Shown here: positions 1 through 7,705 of the stretch, piece by piece | Layout: every line of letters begins with the position of its first letter | How positions within the stretch are numbered: position 1 is the first letter of the stretch | Origin: Bacillus subtilis subsp. subtilis str. 168 | GTDB lineage: Bacteria; Bacillota; Bacilli; Bacillales; Bacillaceae | Reading direction: 5' to 3' | Assembly: GCF_000009045.1 (NCBI RefSeq) | Contig: NC_000964.3 | Span: 750,001 to 782,000, forward strand | Length of the DNA stretch: 32,000 nt | Made by a program: the position numbers and the translations under genes | Notes under the pieces: model-generated | Seen by the model: the letters and a program-made list of their open reading frames with translations, nothing else | Databases searched by the model: none | Told to the model about the DNA's origin: nothing

Positions 1-797
1 TGGCGGATGTGCCTTATATTCAAACGAAATCTTATGCATCAACAGACCTTGTATTATTGGCGGAACACGAGCCTTTTTACTACACGCTGGAGAAGGATGT
101 GATCAAAGAGCATCCGCTGTCAGATCCATTTGCGTTTTGGTATGAGGGGAAGGATGTCACTATTGAGGCCTATAATGTTGATACGACGGGAAATGAGATC
201 CACATAAACGACAGAAAAACGAAAAAGGAATATACCCTTACCTTGCCTCCGCTTGTCACAATGGGGGCCAGTGATGAGAACTTTATTTATATCATTCAAA
301 GCATGTCTATTTACGTGATTGACAGAAAAACAGAGGAAATGATTGAGACCCTGAGCTTAGCCTCATACGCTGATCAATTCGCAGACTCGGAGGAATTTAT
401 CGTCGCGAGCTCGGATCATAAATTGACTGTGATTGAAAAAGGGACATGGAAGACGACATATATTGCGTATCCTGAAGATCTTGAATATGCAGATACTGTG
501 TACTATGACAAAGAAAGCGGCAGTTTTTACGTGGCGTACGAGGACAAAGAGGGTGGAGCGAACTTGCTGGAATATGGGGAGGATTTTTCTATTCACACAT
601 ACAGCTTGAAATTCCCTTATATGGAGGCGAAGTTTAAGGGGAATCTATTGTATATAGTTGCCCAGGAAGAGCATAAAAAGGGCATCGGCGGATACGTGGG
701 TGTGTTTGATATCCATTCTAAGGAGATGCTTTATCAGTTTGATTTGCCTGAGGAACAGGTGAAGGTTCAGGATTTTGTTGTGGTTGACAATAAGTGA
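1..797 (+). CDS. yeeG: Hypothetical protein, 5' end cut by the window edge (frame open from nt 3; track ORF 9..797)
   Basis: Long open frame with no in-window upstream stop, followed by a hairpin plus T-run. No catalytic motif recognised. Symbol assigned only from remembered B. subtilis 168 gene order (gene upstream of rapH). Confidence 0.55.
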   Translation, partial: ADVPYIQTKSYASTDLVLLAEHEPFYYTLEKDVIKEHPLSDPFAFWYEGKDVTIEAYNVDTTGNEIHINDRKTKKEYTLTLPPLVTMGASDENFIYIIQSMSIYVIDRKTEEMIETLSLASYADQFADSEEFIVASSDHKLTVIEKGTWKTTYIAYPEDLEYADTVYYDKESGSFYVAYEDKEGGANLLEYGEDFSIHTYSLKFPYMEAKFKGNLLYIVAQEEHKKGIGGYVGVFDIHSKEMLYQFDLPEEQVKVQDFVVVDNK

Positions 798-822
798 ATA
801 CTATATGAAATAGAATGACAAA

Positions 823-849
823 GACCCTTGCATAAAGGGTTCTTTTTTA
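823..849 (+). terminator. Rho-independent terminator after yeeG
   Basis: Stem GACCCTT (823-829) / AAGGGTT (835-841, G-U at base), 5-nt loop, then TCTTTTTT. Confidence 0.6.
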
Positions 850-897
850 TGAAAAAAACAAATTGACAGGATGAAAAAACAATTTCTTCCTTCTATA

Positions 898-926
898 TTG
901 TTTTCAAAATTTGGGATTGATAGAAT
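898..926 (+). promoter_or_regulatory. Candidate sigma-A promoter of rapH-phrH
   Basis: TTGTTT (898-903), 17-nt spacer, extended -10 TGaTAGAAT (918-926). About 30 nt upstream of the rapH SD. Confidence 0.3.
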
Positions 927-958
927 ATGACATATCTCATAGAGAAGGAGGGAAGCCG

Positions 959-2089
959 TTGAGTCAAGCCATACCGTCTTCGCGTGTTGGTGTTAAGATT
1001 AATGAATGGTATAAAATGATTCGCCAGTTCAGTGTTCCGGATGCTGAGATTCTGAAAGCGGAGGTTGAGCAGGACATTCAGCAGATGGAAGAAGATCAGG
1101 ATTTACTGATCTATTATTCTCTGATGTGTTTTCGGCACCAGCTGATGCTTGATTATTTGGAGCCGGGAAAAACATACGGGAATCGCCCTACAGTGACAGA
1201 GCTTCTTGAAACGATCGAGACCCCTCAGAAAAAACTCACAGGTCTTTTGAAATACTACTCTTTGTTTTTCCGCGGCATGTATGAATTTGACCAAAAAGAA
1301 TATGTGGAAGCGATCGGATATTATCGCGAGGCGGAGAAAGAACTGCCGTTTGTGTCAGATGATATTGAGAAAGCGGAATTCCATTTTAAAGTGGCAGAAG
1401 CGTATTATCACATGAAGCAAACCCATGTGTCGATGTATCATATTCTTCAAGCCTTGGACATTTATCAAAACCATCCTCTATACAGCATTAGAACGATACA
1501 AAGCTTGTTTGTGATCGCCGGCAACTATGATGATTTCAAACATTATGATAAAGCGCTCCCGCATTTAGAGGCGGCGCTGGAATTGGCAATGGACATTCAA
1601 AATGACAGGTTTATCGCCATTTCTCTATTGAACATTGCAAACAGCTATGACAGATCAGGAGACGATCAGATGGCTGTAGAACATTTCCAAAAAGCGGCGA
1701 AAGTAAGCAGAGAGAAAGTGCCTGATCTGCTTCCGAAAGTCTTGTTTGGATTAAGCTGGACATTATGTAAAGCGGGCCAAACACAGAAGGCGTTTCAGTT
1801 CATAGAGGAAGGATTAGACCATATCACAGCACGTTCTCACAAATTTTATAAAGAATTGTTTCTGTTCTTGCAGGCCGTGTACAAGGAGACTGTTGATGAA
1901 CGAAAAATTCATGATCTTTTAAGCTATTTCGAAAAAAAGAACCTGCACGCTTACATTGAAGCATGTGCCCGGAGTGCTGCCGCTGTTTTTGAAAGCAGCT
2001 GTCACTTTGAACAAGCAGCTGCGTTTTATCGGAAAGTGCTGAAAGCCCAAGAAGATATTCTAAAAGGAGAGTGTTTATATGCCTATTAA
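959..2089 (+). CDS. rapH: Rap-family response-regulator aspartate phosphatase / ComA-Spo0F antagonist RapH (TPR protein), 376 aa
   Basis: TTG start at 959 lies 6 nt after the strong SD AGAAGGAGGGAAG. The track ORF from 911 has no SD. TPR-like helices are visible (AIGYYREAEKEL, KAEFHFKVAEAYYHMKQ, ALPHLEAALELA, AVEHFQKAAKVS). The 3' end overlaps a phr-type small ORF. Confidence 0.93.
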   Translation: MSQAIPSSRVGVKINEWYKMIRQFSVPDAEILKAEVEQDIQQMEEDQDLLIYYSLMCFRHQLMLDYLEPGKTYGNRPTVTELLETIETPQKKLTGLLKYYSLFFRGMYEFDQKEYVEAIGYYREAEKELPFVSDDIEKAEFHFKVAEAYYHMKQTHVSMYHILQALDIYQNHPLYSIRTIQSLFVIAGNYDDFKHYDKALPHLEAALELAMDIQNDRFIAISLLNIANSYDRSGDDQMAVEHFQKAAKVSREKVPDLLPKVLFGLSWTLCKAGQTQKAFQFIEEGLDHITARSHKFYKELFLFLQAVYKETVDERKIHDLLSYFEKKNLHAYIEACARSAAAVFESSCHFEQAAAFYRKVLKAQEDILKGECLYAY

Positions 2090-2252
2090 GAAAAAAGTGA
2101 TGATGTGTCTGGCTGTTACTCTAGTTTTCGGAAGCATGTCGTTTCCAACCCTGACAAACTCCGGTGGATTTAAGGAATCGACAGATCGAAATACGACGTA
2201 TATCGATCATTCCCCTTACAAACTTAGTGATCAGAAGAAAGCCCTTAGCTAG
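2079..2252 (+). CDS. phrH: Phr pre-pro-peptide PhrH, 57 aa (secreted signalling peptide precursor)
   Basis: Hand-translated; too short for the ORF track. ATG 2079 overlaps the rapH 3' end (rapH stop 2087-2089) and follows SD AAAAGGAGAG. Product: MPIKKKVMMCLAVTLVFGSMSFPTLTNSGGFKESTDRNTTYIDHSPYKLSDQKKALS. It has an N-terminal signal peptide and contains TDRNTT, the reported mature PhrH peptide. Confidence 0.9.
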   Translation: MPIKKKVMMCLAVTLVFGSMSFPTLTNSGGFKESTDRNTTYIDHSPYKLSDQKKALS

Positions 2253-2262
2253 GGCTTTTTCT
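2238..2262 (+). terminator. Rho-independent terminator of rapH-phrH
   Basis: AAAGCCCT (2238-2245) / AGGGCTTT (2251-2258) stem enclosing the phrH stop codon, followed by a T-run. Confidence 0.75.
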
Positions 2263-2326
2263 TGCTTTACGGAAGACGTTCCATTTTCCACATCGCGGCA
2301 TTCCTTCTATTTCTAACGCAAGACAC

Positions 2327-2356
2327 TCGAAACAACCAAACCATTTGAGGTATAAT
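2327..2356 (+). promoter_or_regulatory. Candidate sigma-A promoter of yeeI
   Basis: TCGAAA (2327-2332), 18-nt spacer, perfect TATAAT (2351-2356). Confidence 0.35.
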
Positions 2357-2411
2357 GGATAAAGTGAATAACAGTATTTAGATTGATATATATGAAAGAG
2401 AGTGGAACATC

Positions 2412-3131
2412 ATGGGCCGTAAGTGGAACAATATTAAAGAGAAGAAGGCGTCTAAGGACGCAAATACGAGTCGGATTTATGCGAAGTTTGGCCGTGAGAT
2501 TTATGTGGCGGCGAAACAGGGCGAGCCTGATCCGGAATCCAACCAGGCGCTGAAGGTTGTGCTTGAACGTGCGAAGACTTACAGCGTGCCGAAAAACATC
2601 ATTGAACGTGCGATCGAGAAGGCGAAGGGCGGAGCGGAAGAGAATTACGATGAGCTTCGTTATGAGGGCTTCGGGCCGAACGGATCAATGATTATCGTTG
2701 ATGCGCTGACGAATAATGTAAACCGTACGGCGCCGGAAGTGCGTGCGGCGTTCGGGAAAAACGGCGGAAACATGGGTGTGAGCGGATCTGTTGCTTACAT
2801 GTTTGACGCGACGGCTGTAATCGGTGTGGAAGGCAAAACGGCTGACGAAGCGCTTGAAATCCTGATGGAAGCGGATGTTGATGTACGTGACATTTTAGAA
2901 GAGGATGACAGCGCGATCGTGTATGCCGAGCCTGATCAATTCCATGCGGTGCAAGAGGCGTTTAAAAACGCGGGTGTCGAGGAATTTACAGTAGCGGAGC
3001 TGACAATGCTTGCGCAAAGTGAAGTAACGCTTCCGGATGATGCAAAGGAACAGTTTGAAAAATTGATTGATGCATTAGAAGATTTGGAAGATGTTCAGCA
3101 GGTATATCATAACGTTGATTTAGGTGAGTAA
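2412..3131 (+). CDS. yeeI: YebC/PmpR-family probable transcriptional regulator, 239 aa
   Basis: N-terminus [30 protein letters not shown] and the overall length are typical of the YebC family. Matches the track ORF exactly. Confidence 0.92.
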   Translation: MGRKWNNIKEKKASKDANTSRIYAKFGREIYVAAKQGEPDPESNQALKVVLERAKTYSVPKNIIERAIEKAKGGAEENYDELRYEGFGPNGSMIIVDALTNNVNRTAPEVRAAFGKNGGNMGVSGSVAYMFDATAVIGVEGKTADEALEILMEADVDVRDILEEDDSAIVYAEPDQFHAVQEAFKNAGVEEFTVAELTMLAQSEVTLPDDAKEQFEKLIDALEDLEDVQQVYHNVDLGE

Positions 3132-3137
3132 GGAGTG

Positions 3138-3165
3138 AGCAGGCTGTTATGGCCTGCTTTTTTTG
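3138..3165 (+). terminator. Rho-independent terminator of yeeI
   Basis: AGCAGGC (3138-3144) / GCCTGCT (3152-3158) stem, then TTTTTTT. Confidence 0.8.
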
Positions 3166-3264
3166 TCCCGGAAATTGTTTTAGCTGTATGTAGGCGGCCG
3201 CCTATACGATCTATAAGATATTCTCATACTCTGGACTGTAACCTATGTGAAGGAGAGAGTAAAT

Positions 3265-3702
3265 ATGACTGATACAAGACATATGTATGGCGGACCTGGT
3301 TTTGGTCATTATCAGGGCTTTGGTATTGGCCACCCGGGCTATGGCATGCAAAGCACAGGCTATCCGGGCTATGGCATGTATGGAGGCCACCCGGGCTATG
3401 GCATGCAAGGCTACCCAGATCACGGCATACATGGAGGAGTCGGCGGCTATCCGGGATATGGTGGGTACGGCGGTTACCCAAGCGGCGGCTATGGAGGCTC
3501 TCCGGGAACTGGAAGCTATCCGAGCATGCACCATGAAAATGATGGCCATCACCACTATTATCACCATCATCATGATGGAAAAGATAATCTTCATCACCAT
3601 CATCACCATGTTGGAAAGGATAATCATCACCACCATCATGATGGTCATTATGGCCACCATCATCACCATATGGGCCACTGGGGAAAAGACGGTTATAAAT
3701 AA
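3265..3702 (+). CDS. yeeK: Spore coat protein YeeK, low-complexity Gly/Tyr/Pro-rich N-half and His-rich C-half, 145 aa
   Basis: ATG 3265 lies 7 nt after SD GAAGGAGAG. The track start, GTG 3247, sits ahead of that SD. Repeated GYPGYGM units are followed by HHHH..GKDN..HHHHH blocks. A strong terminator lies downstream. Confidence 0.88.
   Translation: MTDTRHMYGGPGFGHYQGFGIGHPGYGMQSTGYPGYGMYGGHPGYGMQGYPDHGIHGGVGGYPGYGGYGGYPSGGYGGSPGTGSYPSMHHENDGHHHYYHHHHDGKDNLHHHHHHVGKDNHHHHHDGHYGHHHHHMGHWGKDGYK
3328..3408 (+). repeat. Intragenic tandem repeats encoding G(H/Y)PGYGM units in yeeK
   Basis: The 24-nt string GGCCACCCGGGCTATGGCATGCAA occurs at 3328-3351 and 3385-3408. A diverged copy (GGCTATCCGGGCTATGGCATGTA) lies between them. 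Confidence 0.85.
3526..3678 (+). repeat. CAT/CAC-rich (poly-His) low-complexity tract in yeeK
   Basis: Runs of CAY codons interrupted twice by GGAAA(A/G)GATAAT (GKDN). This tract is the source of the spurious overlapping ORFs on both strands. Confidence 0.85.
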
Positions 3703-3724
3703 AGAAGATGATGATAAAAAGAGG

Positions 3725-3754
3725 ACACTCTTGCAGATCAAGAGTGTTTTTTTA
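3725..3754 (+). terminator. Rho-independent terminator of yeeK
   Basis: ACACTCTTG (3725-3733) / CAAGAGTGT (3739-3747) perfect 9-bp stem, then TTTTTTT. Confidence 0.85.
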
Positions 3755-3763
3755 GCTTTTTTC

Positions 3764-3793
3764 TTGACTGTTCAGTCTGGAAAATGGTAACAT
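3764..3793 (+). promoter_or_regulatory. Candidate sigma-A promoter of yezE with an overlapping palindromic operator
   Basis: TTGACT (3764-3769), 18-nt spacer, TGgTAACAT (3785-3793). The perfect palindrome GACTGTTCAGTC (3766-3777) overlaps the -35. Confidence 0.5.
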
Positions 3794-3816
3794 TTGTTTC
3801 AGGAGGTGATCATTTT

Positions 3817-4401
3817 TTGGGGAGGAATAAAGAATTTGATACGGCGCTTGTTCTTCACAGGGCGATAGAGGTTTTTGGAGAGTATGGCTACGAAGGAACG
3901 TCTCTTCAGGATCTGCTCTCTCATTTAGGCATTGCGCGCCAAAGTTTGTATGATACGTATGGAACGAAGCGTGATTTGTTTTTGTCCGCTGTGAAATCGT
4001 ATCTTGAAGGGAAAAACGCTGCCGTTATGGAAAGGCTTGAAGCGCCAGGATCTGTAAAGGAAGCCATTCGTGATATTTTTCAGGAGGGTGTCAATGCCCT
4101 GAGGGATCCGGAACGGGCGAAGGCGTGCTACATTATTAACAGCGCGATTGAACAGATCCCGCATGACCCTGAGCTTGCCCGGTATTTTGAAAGACAATCC
4201 AAGCAGCTTGAGGACGCTTTTTATCACGGGCTTTTAAGAGCGAAGGATCAAGGAGAATTGAATGGCGAAGATACTGATATATCTGCGCTTGCTCGGTACC
4301 TGAATCAGAGCAGGCTGTCACTGACATTTATTGCAAAAGTGACGGCAGATATGGATCGGCTTCAGGACCATGTTGACGTGAGTTTATCAGTGCTTGATTA
4401 A
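3817..4401 (+). CDS. yezE: TetR/AcrR-family transcriptional regulator, 194 aa
   Basis: TTG 3817 follows SD AGGAGGTGA (3801-3809). N-terminal TetR HTH: GYEGTSLQDLLSHLGIARQSLYDTYGTKRDLF. Confidence 0.88.
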   Translation: MGRNKEFDTALVLHRAIEVFGEYGYEGTSLQDLLSHLGIARQSLYDTYGTKRDLFLSAVKSYLEGKNAAVMERLEAPGSVKEAIRDIFQEGVNALRDPERAKACYIINSAIEQIPHDPELARYFERQSKQLEDAFYHGLLRAKDQGELNGEDTDISALARYLNQSRLSLTFIAKVTADMDRLQDHVDVSLSVLD

Positions 4402-4436
4402 CATGTGGTAAAGGATTCTTTGCCCATGTATGTACT

Positions 4437-4459
4437 TTTTGGACTGAATAGTCTAGAAA
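4437..4459 (+). repeat. 23-nt direct repeat, copy 1 (TTTTGGACTGAATAGTCTAGAAA), containing the GACTGnnnAGTC palindrome
   Basis: Identical to 5766-5788. Lies in the yezE-yesE spacer just upstream of the yesE SD. Confidence 0.9.
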
Positions 4460-4479
4460 TAAAAATGAGGTGATGATGA

Positions 4480-4923
4480 ATGTTGATGAATGAGTTTGAA
4501 AAAGCATGTGAAACATTGAGAAAGTTTATGGCTTATATGCTTGAGAAGGACATGAAGAGCTGGACGGAGCTTTGGGATGAGAATGCTGTATTTGAGTTTC
4601 CTTATGCGCCGGAGGGATCACCAAAAAGAATAGAAGGAAAAGCGGCCATTTACGATTATATTAAAGATTATCCTAAGCAGATTCATCTTTCTTCATTTAC
4701 CGCTCCGACAGTGTACCGTTCAGCAGACTCGAATACGGTGATTGCGGAGTTTCAATGTGACGGCCATGTGATTGAGACTGGACTGCCTTATCGCCAAAGC
4801 TATATCAGTGTCATCGAAACGAGAGACGGCCGCATTGTGCGTTATAGGGATTATTGGAATCCGCTTGTTGTAAAAGAGGCCTTTGGAGGATCATTTTTGC
4901 AAACAGAGGAGAGTGGGAAATGA
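4480..4923 (+). CDS. yesE: Small SnoaL/NTF2-like fold protein, 147 aa
   Basis: ATG 4480 lies 6 nt after SD GAGGTGA. Family assignment is from memory of YesE. The stop overlaps the yesF start (ATGA). Confidence 0.8.
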   Translation: MLMNEFEKACETLRKFMAYMLEKDMKSWTELWDENAVFEFPYAPEGSPKRIEGKAAIYDYIKDYPKQIHLSSFTAPTVYRSADSNTVIAEFQCDGHVIETGLPYRQSYISVIETRDGRIVRYRDYWNPLVVKEAFGGSFLQTEESGK

Positions 4924-5780
4924 TGAAACAGAATCCGATTTTAATCACGGGCGGGACCGGCACAGTCGGCAGCCGAATCGCCAGCCGTTTAATAAAGCTG
5001 GGATACAGAGTGCGTATTGCAAGCCGGAAAAAGGGCGCGCTTGCTGATGCTGAGTATGTGTATTTTAATTGGAAGTACGCCTCCAGTTTTACGCCTGCTC
5101 TGGAACAGGTAAAACAGATCTATCTTGTTGCTCCGGTCGGTGTATTTGATCCGGCTCCCTATGTGCTTCCCTTTTTAAAGGAAGCAAAGCGTCTCGGCGC
5201 AAAGCGGGTAGTGATGCAAAGTGCGTCTGTTGTCTCCGAGAACGGTCCCGTGTTTGGCGCGCTTCACCAGGCAGTGCGCGAGTTTCCAGAATGGACGGTG
5301 CTGCGGCCCTCATACTTTATGCAAAATTTCATCAATGTCCAGCACCGCATGTCTATTCAAACGGAGGGGCGCATCACAACGGCTTCGGGTGAAGGAAAAC
5401 TTGGGTTTATTGACGCTGATGACATCGCAGAAACAGCCGTCAGGGCTTTGATTGATGATGTTCCTCATCAAACACATCATATTCTGACAGGTCCCGAGGC
5501 GCTGAGCTATGCCGAAGCGGCGGAGATCATTGGAGCTGCGGCGGGACGCCGGGTGGAGCATGTCAGCATTTCTCGTTCCGAGCTGCAGCATAAAATGGAG
5601 GCAGGAGGTTTGCCCGCGGATTATGCCCATTTTATGGCGAAGCTTGATGAGGCAATTAGCCATGGTGCGGAACATCGGGTAACGGATACAGTGAAGCGTG
5701 TGACGGGAAAAGAACCTCGTTCGCTGTCAGAGTTTGCGGCTGCTCATGCTGCATATTGGACCTCATTTTGGACTGAATAG
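4920..5780 (+). CDS. yesF: NmrA-like / atypical SDR NAD(P)-binding protein, 286 aa
   Basis: ATG 4920 overlaps the yesE stop (ATGA) and follows GGAGAGTGGGAA. Rossmann motif ILITGGTGTVGSRIA at the N-terminus. The track start 4854 lies inside yesE with no SD. Confidence 0.88.
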   Translation: MMKQNPILITGGTGTVGSRIASRLIKLGYRVRIASRKKGALADAEYVYFNWKYASSFTPALEQVKQIYLVAPVGVFDPAPYVLPFLKEAKRLGAKRVVMQSASVVSENGPVFGALHQAVREFPEWTVLRPSYFMQNFINVQHRMSIQTEGRITTASGEGKLGFIDADDIAETAVRALIDDVPHQTHHILTGPEALSYAEAAEIIGAAAGRRVEHVSISRSELQHKMEAGGLPADYAHFMAKLDEAISHGAEHRVTDTVKRVTGKEPRSLSEFAAAHAAYWTSFWTE

Positions 5781-5788
5781 TCTAGAAA
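5766..5788 (+). repeat. 23-nt direct repeat, copy 2, spanning the yesF stop codon
   Basis: Identical to 4437-4459. The TAG stop of yesF (5778-5780) lies inside the palindrome core. Confidence 0.9.
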
Positions 5789-5818
5789 GACCTTCGGCGC
5801 TTCCGAAGGTCTTCTTAT
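5787..5818 (+). terminator. Terminator-like hairpin after yesF
   Basis: GACCTTCGG (5789-5797) / CCGAAGGTC (5803-5811) stem, followed by a T-rich tail (TTCTTATTG). Confidence 0.65.
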
Positions 5819-5841
5819 TGAAAAAGCTAAGTCGTGTTTTA

Positions 5842-5871
5842 GTCATAATCATGCCTCCTGCCTCATACCTA
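5842..5871 (+). promoter_or_regulatory. Sigma-E-type sporulation promoter of cotJABC
   Basis: GTCATAAT (5842-5849), 14 nt, CATACCTA (5864-5871). The remembered sigma-E consensus is (G)TCATATT-N13-15-CATACA-T. cotJ is known to be sigma-E dependent. Confidence 0.55.
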
Positions 5872-5906
5872 TTAAGGTCATTGTTTTTGAGAAAGGAGGA
5901 GCCGGA

Positions 5907-6155
5907 ATGAAGGATATGCAGCCGTTTACGCCTGTCAAATCATATACGCCCTTTCACAGCCGTTTTGATCCCTGTCCGCCCATAGGGAAGAAATATTACA
6001 GAACGCCCCCTAACCTTTATATGACCTTTCAGCCTGAGCACATGGAGCAGTTTTCGCCGATGGAGGCTTTGAGGAAAGGCACCCTTTGGAAGGATCTCTA
6101 TGATTTTTATGAAAACCCTTATCGAGGGGGAGACGCACATGGCAAAAAAGGTTGA
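5907..6155 (+). CDS. cotJA: Spore coat-associated protein CotJA, 82 aa
   Basis: SD GAAAGGAGGAG lies upstream of ATG 5907. Sequence recognised ([38 protein letters not shown]). Confidence 0.9.
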
Positions 6156-6402
6156 CGCCGAATATTATCGTCAGCTAGAGCAAATACAGGCTGCTGATTT
6201 TGTGCTTGTTGAGCTGAGTCTTTATTTAAATACACATCCTCATGATGAAGATGCGTTGAAGCAATTCAATCAATATTCCGGCTATTCAAGGCACTTAAAA
6301 AGACAGTTCGAATCCTCTTACGGACCGCTTCTGCAGTTCGGCAACAGCCCCGCGGGCAAGGATTGGGATTGGGGAAAAGGGCCATGGCCGTGGCAAGTAT
6401 AA
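6139..6402 (+). CDS. cotJB: Spore coat-associated protein CotJB, 87 aa
   Basis: ATG 6139 follows GAGGGGGAGA and overlaps the cotJA 3' end by 17 nt. The track start 6100 lies deep inside cotJA. Confidence 0.88.
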
Positions 6403-6416
6403 GGAGGAATGCCTGA

Positions 6417-6986
6417 ATGTGGGTGTATGAAAAGAAGCTGCAATACCCTGTCAAGGTCAGTACGTGCAACCCGACGCTGGCGAAGTATTTGATTGAGCAG
6501 TATGGCGGAGCGGACGGCGAGCTGGCCGCGGCTCTCCGGTATTTGAACCAGCGTTATACGATTCCTGATAAGGTCATCGGCCTTTTAACAGATATCGGCA
6601 CGGAGGAGTTTGCCCATTTGGAAATGATTGCGACCATGGTCTATAAGTTAACGAAAGACGCCACACCGGAGCAGCTGCGTGAAGCTGGGCTTGGCGATCA
6701 TTACGTCAATCACGACAGCGCGCTTTTTTATCATAATGCGGCGGGCGTGCCGTTTACCGCGAGCTATATCCAAGCGAAGGGCGATCCGATTGCCGATTTA
6801 TACGAAGATATTGCCGCAGAAGAAAAGGCGCGGGCGACGTATCAATGGCTGATTGATATTTCGGATGATCCTGATTTAAACGATTCCCTGCGTTTTTTGC
6901 GTGAGCGTGAAATCGTACACTCTATGCGCTTCAGAGAAGCGGTTGAAATTTTAAAAGAAGAACGGGATAAAAAGAAGATTTTCTAA
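6417..6986 (+). CDS. cotJC: Spore coat protein CotJC, manganese-catalase/ferritin-like di-metal protein, 189 aa
   Basis: SD AAGGAGGAA lies upstream. Di-metal ligand motifs are present (GELAAALRYLNQRY, TEEFAHLEMIA, REREIVHSMRF). Confidence 0.93.
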   Translation: MWVYEKKLQYPVKVSTCNPTLAKYLIEQYGGADGELAAALRYLNQRYTIPDKVIGLLTDIGTEEFAHLEMIATMVYKLTKDATPEQLREAGLGDHYVNHDSALFYHNAAGVPFTASYIQAKGDPIADLYEDIAAEEKARATYQWLIDISDDPDLNDSLRFLREREIVHSMRFREAVEILKEERDKKKIF

Positions 6987-7110
6987 TAGGCAGATTGGCC
7001 TCTCTTTCATACACCCTTTTACATACAGAGAAAATGGTCTGTTTTTGCAGTTTGGTCTGCATTATAATCAAGGTGTGTGTGCAAGCTTACTTTTTGATTG
7101 GGAGGCCTTT

Positions 7111-7653
7111 ATGACAGCTTTTAAGATTGAGAACGAAACGATTGCAGATGGATTTTACGCGTGTCCGGCCGTCTATGAGGATGCAGAATCGATTACCGGG
7201 TTGCTCGTCCGAACAGCTGAATGGCTCCGGGATCGGGGTTCTAACCAATGGAGCGGACTTCTCAAAGGGCAAGATATACATGATATCACGGGGTCAATTG
7301 AAAAGGGACATGTGTTTGTGTTTAAAAAAGATGAAGAGCTTGCGGCTGTCGTGATGCTGCTGCCTGCACCGAGCGAGTGGGACCGGACGCTTTGGGGAGA
7401 CGATGGGCATGAGGAGTCCATTTATTTACACCGCCTCGCAGTAAGCCGCCGGTTTGCGGGACAGGGGCTTGGAGCCCGCGTCCTTCAGTGGGCGGAGACG
7501 GGCATACACTTTCCGGAAAAAACGCGGATCCGGCTTGACTGTGTCGCTGATAGTGACGCCCTGCATTCCTTTTATCGGCGTATGGGATATGAATTCATGG
7601 GTGCTGATGCGTCCGGATATCATTTGTTTGAGAAAGAGATTACGGCAGAATAA
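7111..7653 (+). CDS. yesJ: GNAT-family N-acetyltransferase, 180 aa
   Basis: ATG 7111 follows SD GGGAGG (7100-7105). Acetyl-CoA motif A: IYLHRLAVSRRFAGQGLGARVLQWAE. Confidence 0.88.
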   Translation: MTAFKIENETIADGFYACPAVYEDAESITGLLVRTAEWLRDRGSNQWSGLLKGQDIHDITGSIEKGHVFVFKKDEELAAVVMLLPAPSEWDRTLWGDDGHEESIYLHRLAVSRRFAGQGLGARVLQWAETGIHFPEKTRIRLDCVADSDALHSFYRRMGYEFMGADASGYHLFEKEITAE

Positions 7654-7705
7654 GCGTCCTTTGCAGGGGGCTTTTTTGTCTTTTTCTAAAAGGGAGGCAG
7701 GCGAT

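Noticed and set aside
874-886. ComK-box-like AAAA-N5-TTTC in the rapH upstream region (rapH is reported to be ComK-activated)
   Set aside because: Only one reasonable half-site is visible and I could not find a properly spaced second box. A/T-rich DNA produces such matches by chance.
911-958. 5' extensions offered by the ORF track for rapH (911), yeeK (3247), yezE (3784), yesF (4854), cotJB (6100), yesJ (7045), yesK (7454), yesR (14772), yesT (18011), yesV (19367), yesZ (24796) and yetA (26774)
   Set aside because: In each case a downstream in-frame start has a proper SD at 5-9 nt. Most of the extensions either run into the preceding gene or place the SD inside the coding sequence. The shorter forms also match the protein lengths I remember for these genes.
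3211-3790. Three long ORFs overlapping yeeK (3211..3741 -, 3224..3481 -, 3287..3790 +), encoding Met/Ile/Val-rich or Ala/Ile/Arg-rich products
   Set aside because: They are alternative-frame or antisense readings of the GGC/TAT/CAT codon repeats. They have no SD, implausible composition, and fully overlap a gene that has an SD and a terminator.
7035-7068. Direct repeat TGGTCTG (7035-7041 and 7053-7059) and a TATAAT hexamer (7063-7068) upstream of yesJ
   Set aside because: No -35 element lies at a workable spacing (TTGCAG is only 12 nt away). The 7-nt repeat is too short to distinguish from chance.
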